Assembly (NCBI GenBank): GCA_031367385.1
Contig: JANLPS010000261.1
Coordinates: 1-23,604, forward strand
Origin: Archangium sp.
Lineage (GTDB): Bacteria > Myxococcota > Myxococcia > Myxococcales > Myxococcaceae
Length of the DNA stretch: 23,604 nucleotides
Direction of reading: 5' to 3'
Shown here: positions 9,970 to 18,201 of the stretch, piece by piece
Layout of the letters: each line of letters opens with the position of its first letter
How positions within the stretch are numbered: position 1 is the first letter of the stretch
Position numbers and translations under genes: made by a program
Notes under the pieces: model-generated
What the model saw: the letters and a program-made list of their open reading frames with translations, nothing else
Told to the model about the DNA's origin: nothing
Databases searched by the model: none

Positions 9970-10776
9970 ATGCACCCGTTGATCGCCCGATTTCTCGATT
10001 TGCCCGTCGCCGTCGCAGCCCTCGAAAAGGCTGATCAGGCCGTGGCCCTCTCGGTTGACGAGGCCGCGCTCGCCGAGTCTGCCGCCGCGCACCCCAAGTC
10101 GAAGGCCGCGGTGCTCAAGGCCAAGGGCAAGGCCCAGGTGTCGCCCGAGTCGCAGCAGCATTTGATCTTGCTCACCATCGAGGCCGCCACCGCGCTGGTC
10201 GCTCGAGACCCTGCGTTGGGGCCCAAGGTGACCGCCGCGAACGCAGCCCTGCAGTCAGAGGGCGCCGAAGACGAAGAGGCCCACCAGCTGGTCGCGCAGG
10301 CCGTGCTCGAAGAGGCCTTTGGTTACGCCGAAGACCCCGGGCACTTCGACGCCGAGTTTCTCGCTGAGACGCTCGACGGTCTGGTACCGCTCTCGAAGGT
10401 GAATTCAGATTTGGTCGACGAGTGGCTCGAGAAGTTCTCGAAGATGGGGGCCGACCAGCCGATGCGCTTCAAGGTCGCCGAGACGCTGCTCGACGCCGCG
10501 TGGAGCGAGGGCCCTCAGCCCATTTCTCCAGAGCACATCGATGACACGCTCGAGGCCTTGGCGGGCTCCGTGGCCAGCTCAGAATTCGTCAAGGCGGGCG
10601 ACTCGCTGATCGGGTTTCTGACCTACCTGGCCAAGCAGAAGATCGTCGGGCCGCAGCGGCTCGAGCGGCTCAACCACCTGGTTCGCTCGGCGCTCGCTTC
10701 GGGTGTCGAGCTCGACCATGACCTCGACGAAGAAGAAGACGACGAAGACGACGGTGAAGGCAGCCCTACTGCTTGA
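9970..10776 (+). CDS. Hypothetical alpha-helical protein with acidic C-terminal tail
   Basis: MHPLIARFL... with strong GC3 bias and a DEEEDDEDD tail. Overlaps the convergent gene by 11 nt. The middle part loosely resembles DUF1841 (unverified). Confidence 0.8.
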   Translation: MHPLIARFLDLPVAVAALEKADQAVALSVDEAALAESAAAHPKSKAAVLKAKGKAQVSPESQQHLILLTIEAATALVARDPALGPKVTAANAALQSEGAEDEEAHQLVAQAVLEEAFGYAEDPGHFDAEFLAETLDGLVPLSKVNSDLVDEWLEKFSKMGADQPMRFKVAETLLDAAWSEGPQPISPEHIDDTLEALAGSVASSEFVKAGDSLIGFLTYLAKQKIVGPQRLERLNHLVRSALASGVELDHDLDEEEDDEDDGEGSPTA

Positions 10777-11782
10777 TCGCCGTGAGCAGGGTGCCCTTTT
10801 CGCGCGGGTCGAGATCGAGCCGGTTCGGGGTGCCGAAGCCGTTCGAGGTCAGCCAGCTCGAGATCTCCTCGAAGCTGTAGGTGCGGGTCGCCGTCTCGAC
10901 CAACAAGGTGAGTCGAAAGGCCGCGTCGTACACGTCGAGGGGCGCGCCGGTGAGGTACTCGTGAATCAGCAGCAGCCCGCCCGGCCTCAGTACCCGCGCG
11001 ATGTGCTGAATCACCGCGACGTTGTCTTCAGCGGTCTGGTTGTGGGCCACCGAGAGATAGAACACGGCATCGTACGGCCCCTCACCGAAGTCGCCGTCGA
11101 TCACGTTGCCCGGCCGCAGTGAGATTCGCGACGAGACGCCTTGTTCGGCCAAGAAGGCCTCGGTCTGCGTCAACGCCGTGGGAAAATCGACGATCACCGC
11201 GCTCAACGCCGGGTACTTTTTGCAGAACGCCACCGAGTGCAGCCCATGCGAGCCGCCCAGGTCGAGCAAGCGCTTGGCGTTCGAAGGCAGCTCGATCTTC
11301 GTCAGCAGGTCGGGCATCAGGTGCCTCGCGAAGGCCTGCATGTAGCGCGAGAACACCGGCCCCCAGTGCGGGCGCTCTTGCATCGAGTCCCACAAGGTCT
11401 TCTCGGGAGCTCCCTTGCGAACTGCGCCGGTCAGGTTGCTCATCAGGCTCCACGACTCCGCTGTCCACAGCAGGCCGGCGGTGTAGTCGAAGTCGCCTTT
11501 GCCAGTGAACCAGCGCGACGTGTGGCTCGCGTTTGAAAACCCGCGCTCGCTCTGGGTCAGGTACCCCACGGCCACCAAGAAATCGGCGAGGTGGCTGATG
11601 CCGGTGGGGCTCGCGCCGGTCGCCTCGGCCAATTGCAGGGCGGTCATCGGGCCATTCGAGAGCGCTTCGAAGAGCCGCAGCTGGCCCGCTGAGATGATCG
11701 CCGCCGCCTTCATCATCGGCAGATACACGTCGACCATCGGGAGCTCGGCTGAGCTGTCTGGCCAATCAATCGGTTTCGCCAC
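10766..11782 (-). CDS. SAM-dependent O-methyltransferase (dimerisation domain + Methyltransf_2)
   Basis: N-terminal winged-helix dimerisation region (LFEALSNGPMTALQLA), SAM motif LLDLGGSHG, VDFP and LRPGGLLLIHE. Confidence 0.9.
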   Translation of the reverse strand: MAKPIDWPDSSAELPMVDVYLPMMKAAAIISAGQLRLFEALSNGPMTALQLAEATGASPTGISHLADFLVAVGYLTQSERGFSNASHTSRWFTGKGDFDYTAGLLWTAESWSLMSNLTGAVRKGAPEKTLWDSMQERPHWGPVFSRYMQAFARHLMPDLLTKIELPSNAKRLLDLGGSHGLHSVAFCKKYPALSAVIVDFPTALTQTEAFLAEQGVSSRISLRPGNVIDGDFGEGPYDAVFYLSVAHNQTAEDNVAVIQHIARVLRPGGLLLIHEYLTGAPLDVYDAAFRLTLLVETATRTYSFEEISSWLTSNGFGTPNRLDLDPREKGTLLTAIKQ

Positions 11783-11804
11783 TCAAAGCCCCATTCTCGT
11801 GTCC

Positions 11805-13292
11805 TCAGCCGATGATCATGTCTTCGCGCTCCATTCGGCCCTCGGCGAAGCGGCCGAGGGTGAAGCGTTCGAAGAGCTCGTCTGACTCGCCGGTGGCCAT
11901 CCACCCGGCCATGCGCTCGGCCACCGCCGGAGCCATCATGAACCCGTGCCCGACGAAGCCGCTCATCTGCAGCAGGTTCGAGAGCCCCGGCGTTCGCCCG
12001 AGAATGGGCGAGTTGTCGGGAGTCACGTCATAGGGGCCAGACCATTGGCGCAGAATTTTGAGGTGCCCAAGCTCTGGCAGCTGCTCGGTCAACGCCTGGG
12101 AGTAGCGGGTCAGAAACCGCATCGTCGAGCCCAGGTTCATGCCGCCAGGCTCGCGGGGGTCGCCCATGCCCCCGACGATTTCGCCGCGCATTGACTGCGA
12201 GAAATAGAGCCCCGAGTCGAGCACCGAGACCAGCGGGCCCAGAAACGGCTTGAGCGGCTCAGACGAGCAGATCTCGTGGCGGTGGGGCTCGTTGGGCAGC
12301 GAGACGTCGGCCATCGCGGCGATGCGGGGGCTCCAGGCCCCGGCGGCCAAGACCACCGTGTCGCAGGCGATTTCACCACGGTCGGTGAGCACCTTGGTGA
12401 TGCGGCCCTGCGAGCGCTCGAACCCGGTCACCTGGGTGAAGGTCTCGACCGCGATGCCCTTCTTGACGCACGCCTGCGCGTAGCCCCACAGAAACGGCCA
12501 GGGGAAGATCACGCCGTCGAGCCGGTTCCACGCGGCGGCTTGCACGCCCTTCATCGAGAGCTGCGGCACGATGTCGCGCGCGGCGTCGGGGGTCAGAATC
12601 TCGGTCGGCACCCCGTGGGCGTTGTGAAGGGCGGCGCCTTTTTCGAGCCTGTCGGCGATGGCCTTCGACTTCGCCAAGAACAGGTAGCCGCCCTGCCGAA
12701 ACCACACGTTGATGCCGAGGTCGCGGGCGAAGCGCTTCATCAATTCGATGCTTCGCTGCGCCAACGTCACCAGCGTGGGAGTGCCCCACTGCATTCGCAC
12801 GCCGCCCCCGTTGCGGCCAGAGGCTCCGGCGCAGAGGTAGCCCTGCTCGAGCACCACGATGTCGGTTTCTCCGCGCAGACCGAGGTTGTGGGCGAGGGCC
12901 AGGCCCATCACGCCGCCGCCGATGATCACGATCTTTGCGCGTGATTTGACTGGGGTCTCGGGCTTCATCGCCTGCGTGGTGATGCCGAGCGTGGGCGGCA
13001 CTCCACCGCCAGGGGCGTTCATCGGGTCGAACGACGCCGAGGCCCACGTCGCCATCGAGGTGGGGAAGAGTGGCGGCCTCGGAGTGAAGGGGGTGACCTG
13101 TTCGGGCTTGAGCGGCGACTTCGCCTCGAGAAATCGGGCCATCGCGGTCAGGCATTGCTTGCCCTGGCACATGCCGGTGCCGAAGCCGGTGAAGCGCTTG
13201 ACCGACTCGAGGTCGCGAAAGCCTTTTTCAATCGCGTGCTCGACCTCGGAGGTCGTCACGTCTTCGCAGGAGCACAGCAGCGCCTTGCTCAT
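11805..13292 (-). CDS. FAD-dependent oxidoreductase (sarcosine oxidase beta / dye-linked proline dehydrogenase-like, DAO family) with N-terminal BFD-like [2Fe-2S] domain
   Basis: CSCEDVT...GTGMCQGKQC, IIGGGVMG, GASGRNGGGVR, TPDNSPILG and GFVGHGFMMAPA. ATGA overlap with the upstream gene. Confidence 0.9.
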   Translation of the reverse strand: MSKALLCSCEDVTTSEVEHAIEKGFRDLESVKRFTGFGTGMCQGKQCLTAMARFLEAKSPLKPEQVTPFTPRPPLFPTSMATWASASFDPMNAPGGGVPPTLGITTQAMKPETPVKSRAKIVIIGGGVMGLALAHNLGLRGETDIVVLEQGYLCAGASGRNGGGVRMQWGTPTLVTLAQRSIELMKRFARDLGINVWFRQGGYLFLAKSKAIADRLEKGAALHNAHGVPTEILTPDAARDIVPQLSMKGVQAAAWNRLDGVIFPWPFLWGYAQACVKKGIAVETFTQVTGFERSQGRITKVLTDRGEIACDTVVLAAGAWSPRIAAMADVSLPNEPHRHEICSSEPLKPFLGPLVSVLDSGLYFSQSMRGEIVGGMGDPREPGGMNLGSTMRFLTRYSQALTEQLPELGHLKILRQWSGPYDVTPDNSPILGRTPGLSNLLQMSGFVGHGFMMAPAVAERMAGWMATGESDELFERFTLGRFAEGRMEREDMIIG

Positions 13293-14542
13293 GATGCGCC
13301 CACCAGGGCTTCGGCGGCGAGCAGCCCGGTCTCGGCGGCGGCGGCGGGGCTCATCGGGCCGCGCAGCTCTCCGCTGACGAAGAGGTTCGGGTTGGCGGTG
13401 CGACCCGTGGCGTCGGCTTCGACGACGAAGACCTTGCTGCGAGGGTCCCAGACCACCTTGGCGCCTCCGGCGCGGGCCATCTCGAAGCTGGGGCTCACCT
13501 GTGCGCAGAGCGCGATGACGTCGCAGTCGACTCGCTCGCCCGTCTTGAGCGAGACGCCGGTGACGTGCTGAAGGCCGTGGGCGCGGCTGGGCTCGGCGCC
13601 GACGGCGAGGGCGGTACCTCCGACCGAGGTCACCAGGCGGGCCAGTGCGCGGGCCTCTTCAAGCTCACCGACGCAGGCGACGCGTTGGCCGGGCAGCACC
13701 CGGTCTCTGCGAATCAGGCGGGCGAGGGCGCGGCCCGCGAAGACCCCGGGCAGGTCATTGTTCTCGAAGGGCAGCAGGGTGGCCTGGCCTCCGATCGCGA
13801 GCAGCAGCCGGCGGAAGTAGAGCAGGTGCAGCTGGCCGCGCCAGGTGGTGGCCAGAAACTGGCGCCCGTCGTCGGCGTAGAGGCCGAGCACGGTGCAGCC
13901 AGCGCGAACGCTCGTGGCAATGGGCTCGAAGACCGCCGCGAGGCCCTGCTCGGCGGAGGTGATCAGTCGGCCTCCAAGCACGTGCTCTCGCTCGAGCAAG
14001 AGGTAGGGCGTGCCGCGCTCGGTCAGCTTGCGAGCGGCGGCGAGCCCCGAGGCTCCGCCCCCGACGATGACCAGGTCGACGTTCTCGACCTTCGCGGGCG
14101 GCAAGGCCTCGGGCGCGCGGTCGGGCAGGGTGCCGAGCCCGGCCAGCTTGCGCGCGATGCGCAGCATGACCTGCTCGACGATCGGTATGCCCGCCATGAA
14201 CTCGTGGTGGTTGAACCACTTGCGAAAGACCAGGTCGTTCGCCGCGAACAAGTCGATGCTCGCGTCGGGAAACGAATTTTGCCGCTCGAGCCGCATGCCA
14301 GCGGTGACCGGCGTCATGCAGGTCTGAACGTTGGGCACCCCATCGACGCGCATCAAGCAGTTCGAGCAGCCGCCGGTCATGCAGAACGGGCCGCGGGGGC
14401 GGTGGTATTTGACCGAGCGAGAGAACAGCAGCTCACCCTCGGCGATCAACGTGCTGGCCGCAGGCTCGCCGAGCTCGGCCTCGAGTTGCTGACCTTCGAA
14501 GTCGATGGTGACCGGCTTCTGCAGAGGCGACAGGCGACGCAT
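13289..14542 (-). CDS. [2Fe-2S] (Fer2_4) + FAD/NAD(P)-binding subunit, sarcosine oxidase alpha / PDH alpha-like
   Basis: SRSVKYHRPRGPFCMTGGCSNCLMRVDGVPNVQTC, IVGGGASG and LPFENNDLPGV. Confidence 0.9.
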   Translation of the reverse strand: MRRLSPLQKPVTIDFEGQQLEAELGEPAASTLIAEGELLFSRSVKYHRPRGPFCMTGGCSNCLMRVDGVPNVQTCMTPVTAGMRLERQNSFPDASIDLFAANDLVFRKWFNHHEFMAGIPIVEQVMLRIARKLAGLGTLPDRAPEALPPAKVENVDLVIVGGGASGLAAARKLTERGTPYLLLEREHVLGGRLITSAEQGLAAVFEPIATSVRAGCTVLGLYADDGRQFLATTWRGQLHLLYFRRLLLAIGGQATLLPFENNDLPGVFAGRALARLIRRDRVLPGQRVACVGELEEARALARLVTSVGGTALAVGAEPSRAHGLQHVTGVSLKTGERVDCDVIALCAQVSPSFEMARAGGAKVVWDPRSKVFVVEADATGRTANPNLFVSGELRGPMSPAAAAETGLLAAEALVGAS

Positions 14543-14570
14543 GGTTCACCGTTCTAACCGCAACACCCCC

Positions 14571-14596
14571 GTTCGTCCTGAGCGAAGTCGAAGGAC
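14571..14596. repeat. REP-like palindrome (GTTCGTCCTGAGCGAAGTCGAAGGAC)
   Basis: GTCCT...AGGAC stem around a GAGCGAAGTCGA core. Resembles the widespread CCTGAGC..GTCGAAGG extragenic repeat class. Single copy in this window. Confidence 0.55.
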
Positions 14597-14627
14597 CCGC
14601 TTGTCGCTTGGCTGCTAAGCTCGACAG

Positions 14628-15104
14628 ATGACCGCCCCCTTCGATCTCGAGGCCGAGCTTGTGGGCGTCGTCGACTCATTGAACGCAGCCAAGGTGCCGT
14701 ACGCCCTCTGCGGCGGGCTCGCGCTTGCTGTTCACGGCCACCCTCGAGCGACCAAAGACATCGATCTCCTGGTCGAAGCCTCCGAAATCGAACATGTCTT
14801 CGCGACCGTCAAGAGCGCCGGGTTCACGCTTCGCGCAGGCCCGATTCCGCTCGGGGTCGCGACCGCTTCTCCGCAGCGACTGTTTCGCGCGACCAAGGTG
14901 TCGGGGGCGTCTCACCTCACGCTCGATTTGCTCGAAGTCTCAGACGCCTACCGTGAGGCATGGGCGAGTCGCCTCGTCCTGGAGTGGAAGGGCCGTCAAC
15001 TGTCGGTGGTCTCCCGAAGCGGCCTCGTTTCGATGAAGCAACTTTCGACCCGCGGCAAAGACCTCGTCGACATCGAGACGCTCAGAGGCCCCATCGATGA
15101 CTGA
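14628..15104 (+). CDS. Pol-beta-superfamily nucleotidyltransferase (AbiEii/DUF6036-like, putative toxin-antitoxin component)
   Basis: YALCGGLALAVHGHPRATKDIDLLV (GG...RxTxDxD), a third Asp in LDLL, and C-terminal MK...RGKDLVDIETL. Confidence 0.85.
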   Translation: MTAPFDLEAELVGVVDSLNAAKVPYALCGGLALAVHGHPRATKDIDLLVEASEIEHVFATVKSAGFTLRAGPIPLGVATASPQRLFRATKVSGASHLTLDLLEVSDAYREAWASRLVLEWKGRQLSVVSRSGLVSMKQLSTRGKDLVDIETLRGPIDD

Positions 15105-15255
15105 CTCTGCGAGTGAAGTCGACATGAGCGCAGCTGCAATTGAGGCCCGCATTCGAACCGTCGTGTCTCTGAACCGGCTTTGCGCGTCGCTCGCCGAAGC
15201 GGGGCGCGCGATTCGCCAGCAAGACCGCAAATCACGCGAGCGCGGGCAGAAATAG
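15097..15255 (+). CDS. 52-aa helical protein, probable partner of the nucleotidyltransferase (absent from the ORF track)
   Basis: MTDSASEVDMSAAAIEARIRTVVSLNRLCASLAEAGRAIRQQDRKSRERGQK*. ATG overlaps the NTase 3' end by 8 nt. Confidence 0.65.
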   Translation: MTDSASEVDMSAAAIEARIRTVVSLNRLCASLAEAGRAIRQQDRKSRERGQK

Positions 15256-15387
15256 ACCGACGGGTCTCTCTCATCCTGTTCGATCGATGGAAAGGCGCTG
15301 CTCAAATGCGTCACCGGCTCGTTCGCCGTGGCCGCGCAGTGCAAGAGCTGCGGCGTCAAGGGCGACGACCTCGACTGCAGACACTGA
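15256..15387 (+). pseudogene. Start-less C-terminal remnant of a Cys-rich repeat protein
   Basis: TDGSLSSCSIDGKALLKCVTGSFAVAAQCKSCGVKGDDLDCRH*. 5 Cys, coding-like GC3, no in-frame ATG. Confidence 0.5.
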
Positions 15388-15400
15388 GCGCGGGCTCCTT

Positions 15401-15526
15401 CTCCGGACAAGTACGACCCATTCACATGATTTCCCGCCACTGCTCCGGAAAAGGACGAGCCAATCACGTGAAATGCTGCCGCTGCTTCGGAGAAGTACGA
15501 CCCATTCACGTGAATTGGTGGCACCC
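15401..15526. repeat. Three tandem degenerate 42-bp repeats
   Basis: Units start at 15401, 15443 and 15485, with a 29-nt core CTyCGGAnAAGkACGAsCCAwTCACrTGA. Confidence 0.85.
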
Positions 15527-15618
15527 ACGCCAATAAGTGCCCGAATTTCCGCGAAATGAGAAAGAAGTGAAGGTCGGTGAATACGCCACCGAAGCGCACG
15601 TCCGACGGGCTCACCCGA

Positions 15619-15624
15619 AGGAGG
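15619..15624 (+). promoter_or_regulatory. Shine-Dalgarno AGGAGG for the CDS at 15633
   Basis: AGGAGG lies 8 nt upstream of ATG 15633. Confidence 0.75.
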
Positions 15625-15632
15625 TTGCACCC

Positions 15633-16286
15633 ATGGAAACGAACACAACTCCAAAGTTGGCAGTGGGCCAACTCATCATCGCGGCGCTGATTGCCGTGAC
15701 CTCGAAGCTCACCAAGGCGGCTCGTGACACGTTCACGAAGGTCTTCACCGCCCTGACCCAGGCCGAGGAGGCGGTCAAAACAGCCGACGCTCTCGTCGAA
15801 GACGTCACCCAGCGCTGCCAGGCCGCCGACGACGCTCAGGGTCGCGCGACCCTCGAGCTCGCGACCAAGATGTCGGGTGATGGCTTCGGCCGGCTCAACC
15901 CGTTCAAGGCGTTCAGCGTCGTCAACCCCTCGAAGGTCCGCAGTCTCGGCCACTCCAATGAAGCCGACGTGCTGATTGGGCTCGCCGCGCGGGTGCGCGT
16001 GCACCACCAGAGCAGCACCGCCACCAAGAAGGCCGCCGTCGACGTCGAACGCACCGCGAAGGCCATGAAAGCGGTCGATGCTGAGCGACTCAAAGCGCTC
16101 GACAAGCGCGCGGCGGCGGTCAAGCACCGTGACGGGCTGCATTCTTCGTACGCGGCCGCGCTCACCAACCTGCGCTCGTCGATCAAATACGCCGACTATG
16201 CCGAGCAGACGTCTCATTACCTCAACGTCTTCCCCCGCGTGGTCAGGCCCAAGAAGAAGCAGTCGACTCCCGCGCCAGTGGGCTGA
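15633..16286 (+). CDS. Hypothetical Ala/Lys-rich helical-bundle protein with basic C-terminus
   Basis: Strong RBS, strong GC3 bias and a downstream terminator. 217 aa, ending RPKKKQSTPAPVG. Confidence 0.8.
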   Translation: METNTTPKLAVGQLIIAALIAVTSKLTKAARDTFTKVFTALTQAEEAVKTADALVEDVTQRCQAADDAQGRATLELATKMSGDGFGRLNPFKAFSVVNPSKVRSLGHSNEADVLIGLAARVRVHHQSSTATKKAAVDVERTAKAMKAVDAERLKALDKRAAAVKHRDGLHSSYAAALTNLRSSIKYADYAEQTSHYLNVFPRVVRPKKKQSTPAPVG

Positions 16287-16292
16287 AGAATC

Positions 16293-16323
16293 GGGCCCCC
16301 GGGTACACGCCCGGGGGCTCTTT
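16293..16323 (+). terminator. Rho-independent terminator
   Basis: GGGCCCCCGGG / CCCGGGGGCTC 11-bp stem followed by TTT, 6 nt after the stop, between convergent genes. Confidence 0.75.
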
Positions 16324-16385
16324 GCTCATTCGGTCATCACCGCGGCCGTGAAACGAGGGTCAGTGCACCTGCCTTAAGTCGAAAG

Positions 16386-16862
16386 TTACTGGTACCAGCT
16401 CGCGACACCGCCGTGGTTCGAGCAGGTACCGGTGTGATGCTTCGAGTACGAGATCGCGCCATCGCGGCACTTCGCCGTCGGCTGACCTTCTCGAGGCACC
16501 GGCATCGGAGTGACGTCTGGCGCCTGGGTGCGCGCGGTGGTCGACCGACGCTCCGGCTCACGGGCTGGCGCATCGGTGCGACGCTCTTTGGCCACAGGTT
16601 GAGCCGCCCCGACCCCACCGTGATGCGAACAGGCGCCCCTGCCTGCCGCGTCTGAGGTCGTGCCGTCGCGGCACTGCACCGGTTCAGCGACGACGACCGC
16701 CGGAGCTGCTGTCGCCGGGCCATCGACACCCCCGTGGTGCGAGCATGCACCCCTGCCAGCAGAGCTGGTGCTGCCGTCTTTGCAGCGAACTGGGTCATCG
16801 GCGAAGGCCGGAGCCGCGAGCCCGAGCACACACAGGGCTGCGATGAGTCTGGCGGAACGCAT
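16386..16862 (-). CDS. Secreted DUF3761-type protein with three CxDG...CSxHGGV repeats
   Basis: Signal peptide ending AFA, then repeats CKDG..GRGACSHHGGV, CRDG..GRGACSHHGGV and CRDG..GTCSNHGGVASWY. Confidence 0.85.
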   Translation of the reverse strand: MRSARLIAALCVLGLAAPAFADDPVRCKDGSTSSAGRGACSHHGGVDGPATAAPAVVVAEPVQCRDGTTSDAAGRGACSHHGGVGAAQPVAKERRTDAPAREPERRSTTARTQAPDVTPMPVPREGQPTAKCRDGAISYSKHHTGTCSNHGGVASWYQ

Positions 16863-17392
16863 CAGTGCGCCCCAGGTGCGCGGTTTTTGTTCATGTTGCC
16901 AAGCAACACGGCGAGCGCAGAGCCCCCGAGCGTCTTCACCAGGGTGGGGTGCTGCGCGTAGAAAGCGCCCATCTTGTCAACGATCGTTGGGTCGCGCTTC
17001 TCGGCATGGCTCGCGATCGCAGCGACCTCGTCTGGAGAGAGCTGAGCCGCCTGATCTGGCGTTAAGTTGCTCGACGCACCGGCGCCGGAGCCGAGAATTC
17101 GGCTGAGCACCCCGCCCCCCGCGCCCGCGGCAGAAAGCCCGGCGGCGCCACCGACTGCATGGAGCAGTTGGTTCAACACTTTCACCCGCTCAATGGGGTT
17201 CGAGCGCCCCACCAGGCTGCTGAGCATCTGTGAAAACGGCGGGGTGGCATCGGAGCGAAAGGTGTCGGAGAGCCCGCGGCCGATGTCAGCTGGCGACGCT
17301 TGCTGAGCGACTTGATCGAAGTGGTCGATGGCTTGGGGGTTCTGGGCGGCGCTGGGGTTCGCATACTGATTCAGAATGTCCATGAAGCTCAT
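16862..17392 (-). CDS. Conserved hypothetical protein (YidB/DUF937-like)
   Basis: MSFMDILNQY...FRSDATPPF...FYAQHPTLVKTLG. TGATG overlap with the downstream gene. Confidence 0.8.
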   Translation of the reverse strand: MSFMDILNQYANPSAAQNPQAIDHFDQVAQQASPADIGRGLSDTFRSDATPPFSQMLSSLVGRSNPIERVKVLNQLLHAVGGAAGLSAAGAGGGVLSRILGSGAGASSNLTPDQAAQLSPDEVAAIASHAEKRDPTIVDKMGAFYAQHPTLVKTLGGSALAVLLGNMNKNRAPGAH

Positions 17393-17776
17393 TGGGAGAC
17401 TCGCTTTCGGTTCGTACGAGGATCGCCCGACGTGGGCCGGGCGCGGAGAGCGAAGGCGTATTCAAGCGAAGGGCCACGGCGTTCGGCTTCAAACTGCGCA
17501 GAATAAGGAGCCTCGTGGGAGAGCGAGCGAGGCGCTTTTGCGCACCGTTCGGCTACCCCTTGCCGGACTTCGCGCCGGCATCGAGCGCAGCGGCCGCGAC
17601 CCCGATGGCTGTCTCGAGGGCTGCCGCGGCCTCCGGATCTTTTCGGTTCTGAACGCTGGGCAGGGTGAGGCCGGGCCGACGCCCGATGCCACCCGGTTGG
17701 CGCTCGACGACCTCAACCGCTGCTGATTCGCCCTCGCCTTGCGCCGCTCCGCCGCCCGATGGCAATCTACCGCGCC

Positions 17777-18133
17777 ATGGGCATTTTCAACGACGCTGTC
17801 GAGGCGGAGCACAACGGCCGTCACTATTCGATTCGCGGCACCGTGACGTTTTTCGGAGGCCGGTTCGCGCTCTACGTCGACGGCAGAAAACGCGACGCAA
17901 CTGACCTGACCTACTGGCGGTACAAGGGCATGATGAGCGCAGTCGTCGATGGCGAGCTGGTCTGCGTCGAACTGCGCTTCAGCCTCTTCGGCGTGCGGTA
18001 CCGATTGTCGGTTGGCGAAACCGACTTTGGGTTGAAGGTCGAAAAGGGTCAGTCGACTGCCTTTGTTCAGCTCCCGCCGCCGCTGCTCTTGAGCTCTGGT
18101 CGTCGATCCACTCCGCCGCAGCTCATGCCGTAA
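17777..18133 (+). CDS. Small beta-rich hypothetical protein
   Basis: MGIFNDAVEAEHNGRHYSIRG...LYVDG...YRLSVG. The C-terminal ~25 aa look like non-native read-through. Two 46-nt parts of it recur at 21402-21492. Confidence 0.6.
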   Translation: MGIFNDAVEAEHNGRHYSIRGTVTFFGGRFALYVDGRKRDATDLTYWRYKGMMSAVVDGELVCVELRFSLFGVRYRLSVGETDFGLKVEKGQSTAFVQLPPPLLLSSGRRSTPPQLMP

Positions 18134-18201
18134 GACCTCTCGACGCCCTTCATGTCTTCGTGCCCGAAGCGCTGTGCAGGTCATGGTGGAGCACCGAGAG
18201 C

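Noticed and set aside
11805..14542. Naming the pair soxB/soxA or hcnABC
   Set aside because: The domain architecture matches neither canonical system, so no gene symbol is justified.
15401..15526. Possible CRISPR array
   Set aside because: Only 3 degenerate units, 13-nt mutually similar inter-core segments, and no cas genes in the window.
14940..16217. 425-aa minus-strand ORF containing HVNGSY repeats
   Set aside because: Antisense to 15633-16286, which has an RBS, a terminator and better codon bias. The peptide repeats mirror the 42-bp DNA repeats.
16324..16385. Possible hammerhead ribozyme (GAAAC motif) after the terminator
   Set aside because: No CUGANGA core or compatible stems found.
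17553..17765. 70-aa minus-strand ORF ending KDPEAAAALETAIGVAAAALDAG
   Set aside because: The C-terminal half looks protein-like and may be a remnant, but the start is weak and I recognise no family, so it is not called.
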